Shown one piece after another: positions 12,493 to 27,009 of a stretch of DNA of 64,000 nucleotides; positions within the stretch are counted from its first letter, which is position 1, and each line of letters begins with the position of its first letter. A program made the translations under genes and the position numbers. The notes beneath the pieces were generated by a model. It ran no database searches. It saw nothing but the letters and a program-made list of their open reading frames with translations, and was not told the DNA's origin. Source of the stretch: Anaeramoeba ignava BMAN. Lineage: Eukaryota > Protista > Anaeramoebae. The stretch lies in contig JAPDFW010000096.1 of NCBI GenBank assembly GCA_028826165.1, forward strand, positions 62,001 through 126,000, given 5' to 3'.

Positions 12493-15400
12493 ATGGAGTT
12501 TATAACAGAATTAACAAAAGAATGTGAGAACGCAAAATATCTTATAAATGATTTTATAAAAAGTGTTTTAACACTTGATATTAGTGCACCTTTTGCAAGT
12601 GATACAGAATATTTAGAAGTAAAAATTAAAATTAAAATTAAAATTAAAATTAAAAATTAAAATTTAAAAAAATTTAAAATTAAAATTAAAATTAATTTAA
12701 AAATTATAATTAAAATTAAAATTAAAATTAAAATTAAAATTAAAATTAAAAATTATATTTAAAATAAAAATTAAAATTTAAAATTAAAATTAAAATTAAA
12801 ATTAAAATTAAAATTAAAATTGAAATTAAAATTAAAATTAAAATTAAAATTAAAATTAAATTTAAAATTAAAATTATAATTAAAATTTAAAATTTAAATT
12901 AAAATTAAAATTAAAATTAAAATTAAAATTAAAATTAAAATTAAAATTAAAATTATTTGTTTTTAAATTTATTTTAGCTTATGGAAGCTCATTATATGAT
13001 GTCTATTCTTACTTTAGATGGAAATAATAATATTAGTGATGTTCTTGGAGTTCCACAACCAAAAGATAAACCATTAAGTAATTTTCTTTCTTTTTCTTTT
13101 TCTTTTATTTTTATTTTTATTTTTATTTAAAAAATTTTTTTTTTTGCTTCTTTTTTATTTTAATTTATTTTATTTTTGATAGATTTTGAGGACACTCAAA
13201 AAATGGTGGAATCGATTAGAAAAGTTAAAGCAAAAATTGAAGAAATCAAAGAAGTTAAACTCAAAGTTATGGGTGTAAATGAAATTATATTTTTATTTTT
13301 ATTATTTTTATTTTTCTTTTTTTATTTAAATTTAAATTAATTTTATTTATTTTTATATAGAGAAAACCAAGAATTATTAGATGGGCAGAAAAATTAAAAG
13401 CAACACCAAAAGAAGCTTTAATTCTTCATTATATTTTATTAAGTCATGTTGGAAGCAAAGTAAATTAAAATTCATTTTAAAATTAAAATTATAAATGAAA
13501 TTAAAATTAAAATTAAAATTAAAATTAAAATTAAAATTCATTTTGAAAATTAAAATTAAAATTCATTTTGAAAATTAAAATTAAAATTGAAATTAAAATC
13601 AAAATTAAAATCAAAATTAAAATTAAAATTCATTTTGAAAATTAAAATTAAATTAAAATTATAAATAAAATTAAAATTAAAATTAAAATTAAAATTAAAA
13701 TTAAAATTAAAATTCATTTTGAAAATTAAAATTTAGATTCGTGGATTGAAAATTAGAGAATCACAAGACCCAGTTCACTTGGGACTTCATGCCAAAATGA
13801 GTATTACAGAATTACTCGAATTCGTTAAACCACAAAGACTTTATATCAAACAAGGAATCTTTGAATATTTTGATACAACACACGCTCTTCAAAACAACAT
13901 GACACTCAAACAAGAAATCATTCTCGCATTAGTTGGACAAGATTTAACAGGAGAACAAACACTTAAAATTGATAATACAGCACTTTCAGAAGTTCTCGAT
14001 GAAGAAAAAGATCCAGAAGAACTTAAAAAGAAAAAAGAATTAGAAAAAAAAGCACGTGAAGAAGAAAAAATCAAAAAAGAACAAGAAATGACTAAAAATG
14101 TTCCTGATTTTGAAGACGAAGCAGATCTTTACAACTTCATTTCGCAACAAGTAATTGCAGAAAAAACAAAACCAGATGATCTTCTTGAACCAAAAGACGA
14201 AACAGAAATTCAAATGGAAAATCAAGAACCAATTGAATTGGATAAAGGAGAAATTGAAGTGAAAGAAGAAACCAAAATTGAACAAGAAAAAACAGATTTA
14301 GAAAAAGAAAAAGAAAAAGAAGATGATTTAGATAAAGATAAAGAAGATAAAGATAAGGATGAAGATGATGATCAAATGAAACCTTATAAAACAGACTTGG
14401 AATATCTTGAAGATCATTTTTCACGTTTTACAATGTTGATTAGAGTCTCCAATGAAAAACAAAACGAGGCTCAATCAAGATACTATGGTGGATCATCCCA
14501 ATCAGAAGCTGTTATTCGGGAGTACTCAGCAAAGGAAAGAGTCGCCCGAATGAAATGTGAGAAAAGATTAGAACTTACAAAAGAAGCAGGAGATTGGCTT
14601 CCAAGAATGGAGAGATTAGCTGAGGCAAGAAAATTGAATGAATTTGAAAAAAACGTTGTTTTGTTTTTAATTGGATCTAATATCTCTCAAGACATGCAAA
14701 ACGCAGGCGCTTCAAGAGGATCAAATGTGGAACGAATTTTGAGAATATTTTGTGAAAATCTTCAAGATCAAATTTCCAAAAGAAAGTATTTCTATAAAAG
14801 CGGAGCATTGATTCGGGATGGAATTGTCCGAGCATCAGGATCAGGATTGGATAACAATCTCAACGATCTGTACTTGATGGTGGATCGAAGAATGCTTGAC
14901 TTTGTTATGGGATTAGACACTGAGATGAGCGAGTTGATTGAAGGATCCCATTTATACACAAGTAAAGTCAAAGTTGAATCTGTTATTCTTCCTGAAGAGC
15001 AAAAAAAATTAATAACAGAAACAATGAAGAACTACGAAAGTTTCACGAAATGCAGAAAAAAGCTTGGATTGGATGAAGTTATCAGCTATGGAGGCGGAAT
15101 TGTAATGCTTTTCTATGGCGCTTCAGGAACAGGAAAGACAATGATGGCAAACGCACTTGGAAATGAATTGGGTCGCAAAATCATGCTTGTCAACTTTCCC
15201 TTCTTTAGGACAAATGAGCGCAGGAGAGAACATGAAGTACATCTTCCGAGAAGCCAAAATCCACCAGGCCATCTTGTTCTTTGATGAATGCGAAGCCTTG
15301 TTTGAATCAAGAGAACACGGAAGATACGATGTGAATTTATTATTAACGGAAATTGAAAGATTTGACGGAATTATCATTTTGGCAACAAATCGATCCTTTG

Positions 15401-16536
15401 ATTTGGATGAAGGAATGCATCGAAGAATAACGGTCGCTGTTGAGTTTGCCAAGCCAGATCCACTTTTAAGAGAACGAATTTGGATGACACATTTGCCACA
15501 AACACTGAAATTATCGGAAGATGTTGATATCAAATCACTTGCAATGAAATACGAATTGACAGGAGGATTTATTAAGAACGCGGTTCTTTCCGCTTTGAGC
15601 GTTGCTGTTTCAAGAGATGGACCTGATAATGTTGTTCTGACTCAATCGGATCTTGAACAAGGAGCAAAATTGCAATTGAGAGGAAGATTGAGAATGACTG
15701 AGTTCCATCGCAGAGTGGTTCCACATCGCGGACTTGACAATCTTGTTCTTCCAAAAGAAACAATTGAAACACTCATCGAAATCATCAATTCCGAAAAGGC
15801 AAGACAAGTTTTATACAATTGGGGATTCGACAAGAAAATTGGATTTGAACGAGGAACAACTGTGCTCTTTACTGGACCACCAGGCACAGGAAAAACACTT
15901 GCTGCCGAAGCTGTTGGATTTGAGATTGGAAAACCCTTGAAGGTTATCAACGCGGCCGAGGTTCTTTCGAAATGGGTTGGAGATACACCAAAAAATATCG
16001 ATTCTTTATTTGAAGAAGCCACTATGCATGATTCATTGCTTGTTTTCGATGAAGCTGAAGGTCTTTTTGGAAGAAGACACGAGACTCAAGACACCTCCAC
16101 TGATAGATATGCAAATATTGATGTTGGACTCTTACTTTATCACATGGAGAAATTCAACGGTGTTGTCATCTTATGCACTAACGTTATTGGCGCTATTGAT
16201 CCAGCTTTTTTCAGAAGAATGAAATACATTGTCGAGTTCAAAATCCCAGAAATCCAACTTCGTGAGGCTCTTTGGAAGAAATTGATTCCTGATTCTGCTC
16301 CTAAAGCTGATGGTATTGATTTCTCAAAATTGGCAAAACTTTATGAATTTGCCGGTGGAAATATTAAAAATTCCGTTTTTAGAGCCGCTTCTCGTGCTGC
16401 TTTAAGACCTAAAGAAAAACGTTTTATTACAATGGATGACCTCATTAATGCTGCTAATGAAGAGAATATTAAAGTTAAAAGAAGTCGTGGTGAACTTTCT
16501 GATAATGAAAAGGAAAAGACTTCAATTTATGTTTAA
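12493..16536 (+). CDS. Tandem (two-module) AAA+ ATPase; 5' exons spliced; apparent 1-nt frameshift at about 15198
   Basis: ATG at 12493 (MEFITELTKEC); introns end at 12977, about 13182, 13360 and 13737. Walker A GASGTGKT with FFDE; second module GPPGTGKT with VFDE, DRYAN and AFFRR. ORFs 13746-15284 and 15157-16536 join by removing one C from TTTCCCT. Confidence 0.88.
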
Positions 16537-16785
16537 GCTTTTATTCTCTTCTTTCATTTTTACTTCTTTTTAATTTTCATCAATTTCTTTTACTTTTACT
16601 TTTTTTTTACTTTTTCTTTTTCTTTCAAAATTAATCAATCAATTCCCTTTTTTTTCATTTAATGACAAAACATCAAATCAAAATTGTATGTTTTTGTCAT
16701 AAAGAATAAGAATAAACTTTTTCCTTTTTTTTACAAACACAAAAATCATTTTTTTCATTTTTTATTTTTTTCATTTTTATTTAGA

Positions 16786-17263
16786 ATGCAAAATCAAAAT
16801 AAAATTCAATTTCAAACAATTCCTCAAAATTTATTTGAATCAAATGAAAAAACATTTAAATTTTTTCCTCAAAGAATTTCTGAACAAAAACCAGAAGAAA
16901 TTAAACAAATTCAAATTCAAAATGAAAATCAAATTGAAATAGAAAATGAAAATGAAAATGAAATTGAAATTGAAATTGAAAATGAATTTAACGAAGAATT
17001 GAATAAAACTTCCCTTAATTTCCCAATGTTTAGAATTGGAATTGATGATTATAATTTAGTTTGTAGATTTATGAGAACTGAATCAAAGTAATAATAATAA
17101 TAATAAAAAATAAAAAACAAAATTAATTTAAATAATTTTTCTTTTTTTTCAAAATTTTAGACAAGAAATTCAAAAAGAATGGAATGAACTTAAAAAAAGA
17201 GTTAATAAAATTTCTAAAAAAAAGAATAAAAGAGCTATTAAAAACAATTTTAAATTAAATTAA
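16786..17263 (+). CDS. Small hypothetical protein, 2 exons (16786-17087, 17161-17263)
   Basis: ATG follows a TCATTT array; a GT-AG intron joins RFMRTESK to QEIQKEWNELKKR..KRAIK; basic C-terminus. Confidence 0.6.
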
Positions 17264-17531
17264 ATTAGATAAAAATATTAATAAAAATAATATAAAAATA
17301 AAATTGAAAAACAAAAAGAATTTTCCAATTAAATCATTTTTAATTCTTGTAATTTAATAATAATAAAACTAAAATGAGAATTTGGTTAAAAATTTCAATT
17401 CTAATGAATAATTAATGCTTATTTCATTTTCTTTTTAAAAAGAAAAATGAAAAAATTTTATTTTAAAAACCAAAAGAAAATTTTTTAATTAAAAAAAACA
17501 AAAAGAATTTTTATTTAATATTTAATATTAT

Positions 17532-20500
17532 TTATAAATCACTTGAATCACTTGAATCACTTGAATCACTATTAAATAATTTTTCATTCATTTCTTCATT
17601 TTCATCTAAATTATGTTCTTGAATAATTGATTGAATTTTTTGTGGAAAATTTGGAAGAGTTAAATCTAATCTAACAAAATATGGATCTATAACAAGTAAA
17701 TCTTCAGAATCTATTGGATTGCGTTGTTTTAATTCTGGGAATTTTGCTAAATTATCAAGAAAATTTTTCTTTTTATAATCATATTTGTCTGAAATTTGTT
17801 TGATTTCTTGAATTCCAGTAATTTTATCAGTATTTGTTTTTTTGAAAAGTTCTTGAGGAACTAATTCAAAAGGTGGATTTTTATTTCTATTAAAAATTAT
17901 TATTAAATTTATTATTAAAATTATTATTTTAAAATATAAAATTATTATTAAAAAATTAAAAAATTTTTATTTAAAATTATTATTAAATTATTATTAAAAT
18001 TATATATAAAATTATTATTAAAAATTATTATTCAAAATTCATATATAAAATTATATATAAAAATATATATATAAAATTTATATGGAAAAATTAAGAGTTA
18101 AAATAATTATAAAAATTATTATAAAAAATATTATCTTTAAAATCTATTAAATTTATTATTTAAAATTATTAAATTTATTATTAAAATTATATATAAAATT
18201 ATTATTAAAATTATATATAAAAATTTATTAAATTTATTGAATTAAAAATTATTATTAAAATTGTTTTTGAAAAGTTATTACAAAAAACTATATTCAAAAA
18301 TTATATTTTATTTATTATTAAAAATTATATATAAAATTATTATTAAAATTATTATTAAAATTATATATAAAAATTATATATAAAATTATATATAAAATTA
18401 TTATTAAAATTAATTATTAAATTATTATTGAAATTATATATAAAATTTATTATTGAAATTATATATAAAATTTTATTATTAAATTTATTATTAAATTTAT
18501 TATTAAAATTATTATTAAAATTTATATATAAAAAATTATTATATATAAAATTATTATTAAAATTATTATTAAAATTATATATTAAAATTATTATTAAAAT
18601 TATTTATAAAATTATATATAAAAATTTATATATAAAATTTATATATAAAAATATATAAAAAATTATTATTAAAATTATTATTATTAAAATTATATATATA
18701 AAATTATATATTAAAATTATATATATAAAATTATATATTAAAATTATATATAAAATTATTATTAAAATTATTATTAAAATTATTATATAAAATTATTATA
18801 AATTATTAAAATTATATATAAAATTATATATGAAATTATTATTAAAATTATTATTAAAATTATTATTAAAATTTATTATTAAAATTATTATTAAAATTAT
18901 ATATAAAATTATTATTAAAATTATTATTAAAATTATTATTAAAATTATTATTAAAAATTATTATTAAAAATTATTATAAAAATTATTATAAAAATTATTA
19001 TTAAAATTATTATTAAAATTATTATTAAAATTATTATTAAAATTATTATTAAAATTATTATTAAAATTATTATTAAAATTATTATTAAAAATTATTATTA
19101 AAATTATTATTAAAAAATTATTAAAATTATTATTAAAATTATTATTAAAATTATATATAAAATTATATATAAAATTATATATAAAATTATTATTAAATTT
19201 ATTATTAAAATTATTATTAAAATTATTATATAAAATTATTATATAAAATATATAAAAAATTATATATAAAATTATTATTAAAATTATTATTAAAATTATA
19301 TATAAAATTATTATAAAATTATATATAAAATTATTATTAAAATTATTATTAAAATTGTTATTAAAAATTATTATTAAAATTATATATAAAATTTATTATT
19401 AAAATTATATATAAATTTATTATTAAAAAATTATTATTAAAATTATTATATTAAAATTATTATTAAAATTATTATTAAAATTATTATAAAAAATTATATA
19501 AAATTATATATAAAATTATTATTAAAATTATTATTAAAATTATTATTAAAATTTATTATTAAATTATTATTAAAATTAATTATTAAAATTATTATTAAAA
19601 TTATTATTAAATTTATTAAAATTATATATAAAATTATATATAAAATATATATAAATTATATATAAAATTATATATAAAATTATATATAAAATTATTATAT
19701 AAAATTATTATTAAAATTATTATTAAAATTATTATTAAAATTATTATTAAAATTTATTATTAAAATTATTATTAAAATTATTATTAAAAATTATTATTAA
19801 AATTATTAAAAATTATTATAAAATTATTATTAAAATTATTATTTAAAAATTATTATTAAAATTATTATTAAAATTATTATTAAAATTATTATTAAAATTA
19901 TTATTAAAATTATTATTAAATTTATTATTAAATTTATTATTAAATTTATTATTAAATTTATTATTAAATTTATTATTAAAATTATTATTAAAAATTATTA
20001 TTATTAAAATTATTATTAAAATTATTTATAAAATTATTATTAAAATTATTATTAAAATTTATTATTAAATTTATTAAAATTATTATTAAAATTATTATTA
20101 AAATTATATATAAAATTATTATTAAATTTATTATTAAAATTATTATTAAAATTATTATTAAAATTATTATTAAAATTTATTATTAAATTTATTATTAAAT
20201 TTATATATAAAATTATTATTAAATTTATATATAAAATTATTATTAAAATTATTATTTTAAATTTATTATTAAATTTATTATTAAAATTATTATTAAAATT
20301 ATTATTAAAATTATTAAAATTATTATTAAAATTATTATTAAAATTATTATTAAAATTATTATTAAATTTATTATTAAAATTATTATTAAAATTATTATTA
20401 AAATTATTATTAAATTTATTTATTAAAATTATTATTAAAATTATTATTAAAATTATTATTAAAATTATTATTAAAATTATTATAAAATTATTATTAAATT

Positions 20501-21098
20501 TATTATTAAAATTATTATTAAAATTTATATATAAAATTATTATTAAAATTATTATTAAATTAATTATTAAAATTATTATTAAAATTATTAATAAGCACCG
20601 TTTCATTTTTCCTTCAGTTTGTAAATGAGAAGAAGGTAAATCAATAAATCTTTGAAAACCAACAAATGATATAATTTTTTGTTTCAACAACAATCTAAAA
20701 ATAGCAAAAGCATCAAGAAATTTTTCCGAAATAAATTGTTGAAACAATTCAATAAAAAGAAGGAAAAACTTATTAGAAACATAAATAGAATATTTAGGAT
20801 TATAAGGTTGAGTTTGATAAAATAAAAATAAAGTATAAATAACGGCTATTCTAATTTCAGTTGCAGTTTCTGTTTCTAAATAACCAATTGCAATTGTATT
20901 TATTAATTGAAAATATTCCCCTTCTTTTATTCCTTTAAAACGATAATCATATATAGTTGTCATCTTGTTTTCGTCCCATGTTTTTTTAAAATCTTCAAAT
21001 GTCACACTGTTTTTTTTTTGATATGACAAGAATAAATCTCGTATTTTTATAATATGATCTTTTGGTGTTTTTGCTTTATAACTTTTTATTTTACTCAT
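17532..21098 (-). CDS. SNAPC1: snRNA-activating protein complex subunit 1 (SNAP43), 2 exons
   Basis: SVTFEDFKKTWDE..IY..IRIAVIYTLFLFYQTQP..IYV matches the SNAPC1 N-terminal domain. The intron at about 17887-20598 is repeat-filled; the second exon ends SDSSDL-TAA at 17532. Confidence 0.8.
17890..20590. repeat. Intronic (TTATTATTAAAA)n / (TTATATATAAAA)n 12-mer satellite
   Basis: Directly visible. Confidence 0.95.
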
Positions 21099-21594
21099 AT
21101 TTATAAAAAAAATGAAAAAAAAAATGAAAAAAAAATGAAAAAAAAATGAAATTAAATTTTTCGTTTTTTTAATTTATTTTTAATTCATTTTTAATTTATT
21201 TTTAATTTATTTTTAATTTATTTTTAATTTATTTTTAATTTACTTTTAATTCTTTTTTATTTTTCTTTTTTAATTTTTACGTTTTTTGATCAAAAAATTT
21301 TTTGGTTTTTTAAATGTTTTTTAATTGAAAAAAAAATATTTGATGATTCATTATCTAATTTAATTTTATTAAAAACAAATAAAGAAGAAAATTCTCCTTT
21401 CAATCAAATTTGTTTTTGTTTTTTGTTTTTTGTTTTTTGTTTTTTGTTTTTTGTTTTTTGTTTTTTGTTTTTTGTTTTTGTTTTTTGTTTTTGTTTTTTA
21501 TTGAAAATTTTTTTTCATTTTTCTTTTTTTCATTTTTCTCTTTTCTTTTTTTTTTTTTTAAATATTTTAACTCTCTTTTAGTTTAAAATTTTAA

Positions 21595-24500
21595 ATGCAT
21601 TTTGGATTTGGACCTTATGGATTTGATGAAGATCCATTAAATGATCTTTTTTTCCCAACTTCTTCTACATTTCCGCAATCAGAAAATAATAATGATTCGT
21701 TTTTTGATCTAAATGAACCAAAGTAAGTTTTTTTTGTTTTAAAAAAAATTTTCAAAAAATAAAACTAATTAAATCATCAAAACATAAGACATTCACATTC
21801 AGTAAAAGTCAAAAAAATATTTGGAACATTTTTGATTTATTCATTAAAATTTTTTCAATTCAAATTTATTATAAAAATTTTAACTAATTCATCCTAAAAA
21901 AAAATCAATTTTTTAAAATCCAAATTTTTTTATTTATTAAAAAAATTCAATTGAAAAAATAAATTTTGAGATAATATTTTTAACAAGAAAAACTTATAAA
22001 GAGAATATATTAATTTAAATTAAATTTTAATTAAGATTTTTGTTATTCAAAAAAAATAATTTTTGGAATTGAGAAAAAAAAAAAGAAGTGAATTAAAAAT
22101 TTTTCATTTAAATTTTCTTCTTTCAAAAAAAAAAAATTTTTTTGAGTTTTTGATTTAATTTAAAAGTGGAGTATAATTTATGAGTCTTAAAAAGTAATCG
22201 AATTATATTCTATTCTCCATTTTGTTTATTTTTTATTTTGTTTTATCGATTAAAAATTTTCAATTTATTTTAAAAAAAGCAAAACAAAACAAATCTTTTT
22301 TTATTTTTTTTTTAATATATTTTTTGACTATTTCAATTCTCAATTTAAAAAAAATTTTCTTCTTTTTTTTCTTCTTTTTTTTTTTTCCTTTTTTTTTTTA
22401 GTTTCCTTTTATCTAATTCACAATCATCAATTGATTTAACAAATAAACCTGGAAAAAAAGAAGAAAACAAAGAAACAACAAATATTGAGAACATAAAAAG
22501 AAGTCAAAGGTAAAATTAAAATTAAATTTAAATTTAAAATTAAAATTAAAATTAAAATTCATTTATTAAATTAAAATTAAAATTAAAATTAAAATTAAAA
22601 TTAAAATTAAAATTCATTTATTAAATTAAAATTAAAATTAAAATTAAAATTAAAATTCATTTATTAAATTTAAATTAAAATTAAAATTAGTCTTCCGAAT
22701 CCTATGGATGTCTCACTGAATTCAAAACAAGTACTTAATAACTTACTTCTTCAAGAACCTTACTCTTCATACGACTCAAAAGATTCCAAAGAAGATTATG
22801 ATGTCTTTGAATCATTATTTCAATTATCTTCAAACGAAAATAAAATTTTCAGAAATTCTCATCTTTCAAATTCTTTTGATCTGGAACCTTTTTTAGAAAA
22901 TGAAAGAGATTGGTATCCTCAAGCAAATCATTTATTGGCAATTAATAAAAGCAATGATTTTGCATTAAATCCATTTCGAAAAAAATCAGATTTTGATTCA
23001 GAAAAAGAAATAAAAGAAAATCAAAATAGAAAAGAAGAAGAACATAAATTTCAAGAACAAAATCAGAATAATTCAAATGAGAAATCAAAATCTAATGAAA
23101 AATCTAATGAAAAATCTAAATCTAAATCAAAATCAAAATCAAAATCAAAATCTAAATCAAAATCAAAATCTAAATCTAAATCTAAATCTAAATCAAAATC
23201 AAAATCAAAATCAAAATCAAAAGATTCATCAAAAATTCACAAGAAAAGACAAAAAAGAAAAAAGAGTTCAAAACACAAATCAAATGATACAAAAACAACA
23301 CCAACAGAAACAATATCAAAAATAACAACACCAACAGAAGCAATATCAAAAGTAATAACACCAACAGAACAAGTAATATCACCAACAGAACAAGTAATAA
23401 CACCAACAGAAACAATATCTCCAACAAATTCAAATCCACAAGAAATCAAGGAGATTTTGGAACAAAACGATTCACCAAAAATGCAAGAAATTTCGGGAAA
23501 TCAAGAAATTGAATTAAATTTGCAAATGCAAGAAAAGCAAAAAATCAAAAAACAAAGAACAATTTTGATCAAAAGCAATATCGACACTCCAAAAACATTA
23601 AGTATGGAAGGAAAACAGACAAAAAGTGAAAGAGCGTATATTCTTCAATGCGCAGGAAAGTTTGGAATTCGAAGATTACAACCTTTTTGGGATAACCTTA
23701 AAACCCGACCAACTCATTCAAAACCAGTTAATCATAGCGAAAACATTCAATCCAATTTTTCCAAACGAAATGCAAAGACAGAAAAAAACAAGAAAAGAAC
23801 ACGGTTTGTTAAATCGAAGGAAGCAACTAAGCATTTCCACGAAGTTAATTGGTTTGTTGAAGAGGTTGCTTTTTTTCGCCAACTTGTTGTTGCTTTTGGT
23901 CGAGATTGGAAGAAAATTTCCAACTTAATGGGAAATAGTAAAAGTCCAACTCAAATCAAGGCTTTATACTACAAGAAAAGAGTCGAAGTTTTCTCCAATG
24001 TTCTTGGTCTTGAAGATGAAGAAGAAAGCTTTATTCAATCAAAGCCAAGGATTATTTCAAATCAGAAGAATGATCAAAATGGAATGAATTTGGATTTGAA
24101 TTCAGAATATAAAGACCCATCAAATCAAAATTTGAATGAAAATAAAATTCAAAATTTAAGTTTACATTCGAATTCGAATTCGAATTTAAACCAATTTTTG
24201 AACCAACAGCCAAAAAGTCAGTCTCAACTTCAAAAGATCAAAAATCAAATCCAAAACGAAAATTTGCATCAGAATTTAATTGAAAATTCCAATCAAAATG
24301 AAGAAAATATGGATATAATAAAAACTAATCAAGAATCGGAAAATCTCGAAAACAAAACAAACGAAAATATCACGCAAGTTGAAGATACAACATTTTTGCA
24401 AAACAGCATTTTCCGTTCCCATTCAACAATTAACATGAAGCGATCAAAAGAAGCAGGAAACACAGTTTTAGTAGCACATACATTACTCAAACATTCCAAA

Positions 24501-25358
24501 AGTTTGGATCACTTAAACCAACAAAGAAACGAAGAAGAAAATTCCAGAATCAAAGCAGTTATTAATTTATATCCACAATTTGGCGATATGAAGCTTATTT
24601 TAACACCAGAAACCGAGAAAAATACAAGGTTAATTCTCCAAGAAATGCCGATAATTACAGTTCCAGAAATGAGGGCATGGGCTCAGATTTTTGATAAGGT
24701 CACTCTTCTTGGTCAAGGAAGACCAGACGTTAGAATTCTTAGATCCTCATCATTTTATAAATATATTAGCAAGCTTGTTATTTCTGAGCCTCATTTATTT
24801 TATGCAGAATATGAATCAATATTTGGAGAGTCTTTGAATATTTTGAATATTAAAAAACCGATCAAAAATTTGAAATTAAGCAACCAAAAAGCAATTCGTC
24901 AATGGCTTGTTGAGCATCTTACTTCCATTTTATTTGCGTTGAATATTTCATTGAATTCTGTGATTGATTCAAATATTTCAAAATCCAAATTAAATGAAAA
25001 TGAAAATGAAAATGAAAATGAAAATGAAAATTTAAATTTAAATTTAAATCAAAAAATCAAATTATTTACTTTTGGACATGCTCAAAATATCCAAGAAATT
25101 ACACTTCTTTCTGATGATAGTTTTCATTCACTTAAACTTTTCCTTGCTTGGCTCGAGTTGAGACTTGAATCTAGGCGTATTCTTGCTCAAAAATCTGAAT
25201 ATATTAGTTCTCGTCATATTGAGAATATTCTTAGTTGCCCTGAAACTGATGAGATTCTTAAGCGTTTGAGTCAACTTACTTCTGAACTTGATCTTTTTAA
25301 GCGATTAATTCTTGAAACTGCTACTCAAATCTTTATTAGTTTCGTCTCCAATTTATAA
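21595..25358 (+). CDS. SANT/Myb-domain nuclear protein, 3 exons
   Basis: ATG at 21595 (MHFGFGPYGFDED); introns at about 21723-22402 and 22510-22690; WFVEEVAFFRQLVVAFGRDWKKISNLMGNSKSPTQIKALY is a SANT motif; poly-SK and TPTE repeats; basic NLS. Confidence 0.75.
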
Positions 25359-25479
25359 ATTATTTACTTCTTTCTTCTCACTTATTATTTCATTCTCTTT
25401 TTGAACATTCGTTTTCTTTTTTTTTAGATTTTATCTTTTTTGTTACTTTTTGGAGATTTGGTTTCTCTTCTTAAATCAA

Positions 25480-26785
25480 TTTGAATCAATAACTTTAACA
25501 AATTTAAGAATAATTTTAACAATTTTAAGAATAATTTTAACAATTTTAACAAATTTAAGAATAATTTTAACAAATTTAATAATAATTTTAATAATAATTT
25601 TAATAATTTTAATAATTTTAACAAATTTAATATTATTTAATAATAATTTTATTAATAATTTTAATAATAATTTTAAATAATAAATTTAAATAATAATTTT
25701 AATAATAATTTTAATAATAATTTTATTAATAATTTTATATATAATTTAATAATAATTTTAATAATAATTTTAATAATAATTTTAATAACAATTTTAATAA
25801 TAATTTTAATAATAATTTTAATAATAATTTTAATAATTATTTTTAATAATAATTTTAATAATAATTTTAATAATAATTTTAATAATAATTTTAATAATAA
25901 ATTTAATAATAATTTTAATAATAAATTTAATAATAAATTTAATAATAATTTTAATAATAATTTTAATAATAATTTTAATAATAATTTTTAATATAATAAT
26001 TTTAATAATAATTTTAATAATAATTTTAATAATAAATTTAATAATAATTTTAATAATAATTTTAATAATAATTTTAATAATAAATTTAATAATAATTTTA
26101 ATAATAATTTTAATAATAAATTTAATAAATTTAATAATAAATTTAATAATAATTTTAATAATAAATTTAATAATAATTTTAATAATAATTTTATAATAAA
26201 TTTAATAATAATTTTAATAATAATTTAATAATAAATTTAATAATAATTTTAATAATAATTTTAATAATAATTTTAATAAGAAATTTAACAATTTTAATAA
26301 TAATTTTAATAATAATTTTAATAATAATTTTAATAATAATTTTAATAATAAATTTAATAAGAAATTTAATAATAATTTTAATAATAAATTTAATAATAAT
26401 TTTAATAATAATTTTTAATAATAATTTTAATAATGAATTTAATAATAAATTTAATAATAAATTTAATAATAAATTTAATAATAATTTTAATAATAAATTA
26501 AAATAATATTATTTAATAATAATTTTAATAATAATTTTAATAATAATTTTAATAATAATTTTATAATAATTTTAATAATAATTTTAATAATAATTTTATA
26601 AATAATTTAATAATAATTTTAATAATAATTTTAATAATAAATTTAATAATAAATTTAATAATAATTTTAATAACAAATTTAATAATAATTTTAATAATAA
26701 TTTTAATAATAATTTTAATAATAAATTTAATAATAAATTTAATAATAAATTTAATAATAAATTTAATAATAAATTTAATAAGAAA
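25480..26785. repeat. Intergenic (TTTTAATAATAA)n satellite between convergent genes
   Basis: Directly visible; reverse complement of the motif at 17890-20590. Confidence 0.95.
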
Positions 26786-27009
26786 TTAAAAAAAAGAAAA
26801 GAAATCAAATTGAACAGAACTTTTTTTTTTATTGAAAATTTTTTTTCAAATCACTTTTCAAAATCTTTAAATAATCAAAACAAAAAAAATCAAAACAAAA
26901 ATGAAGAAGAAAAAAAAAAAAATTTCCGTTTATTTTCGTTTTGAAAGAAAAAGAAAAATTTTGAAAGAAAAAGAAAAAGAAAAAGAAAAAGGAAAATTTT
27001 GAAAGAAAA

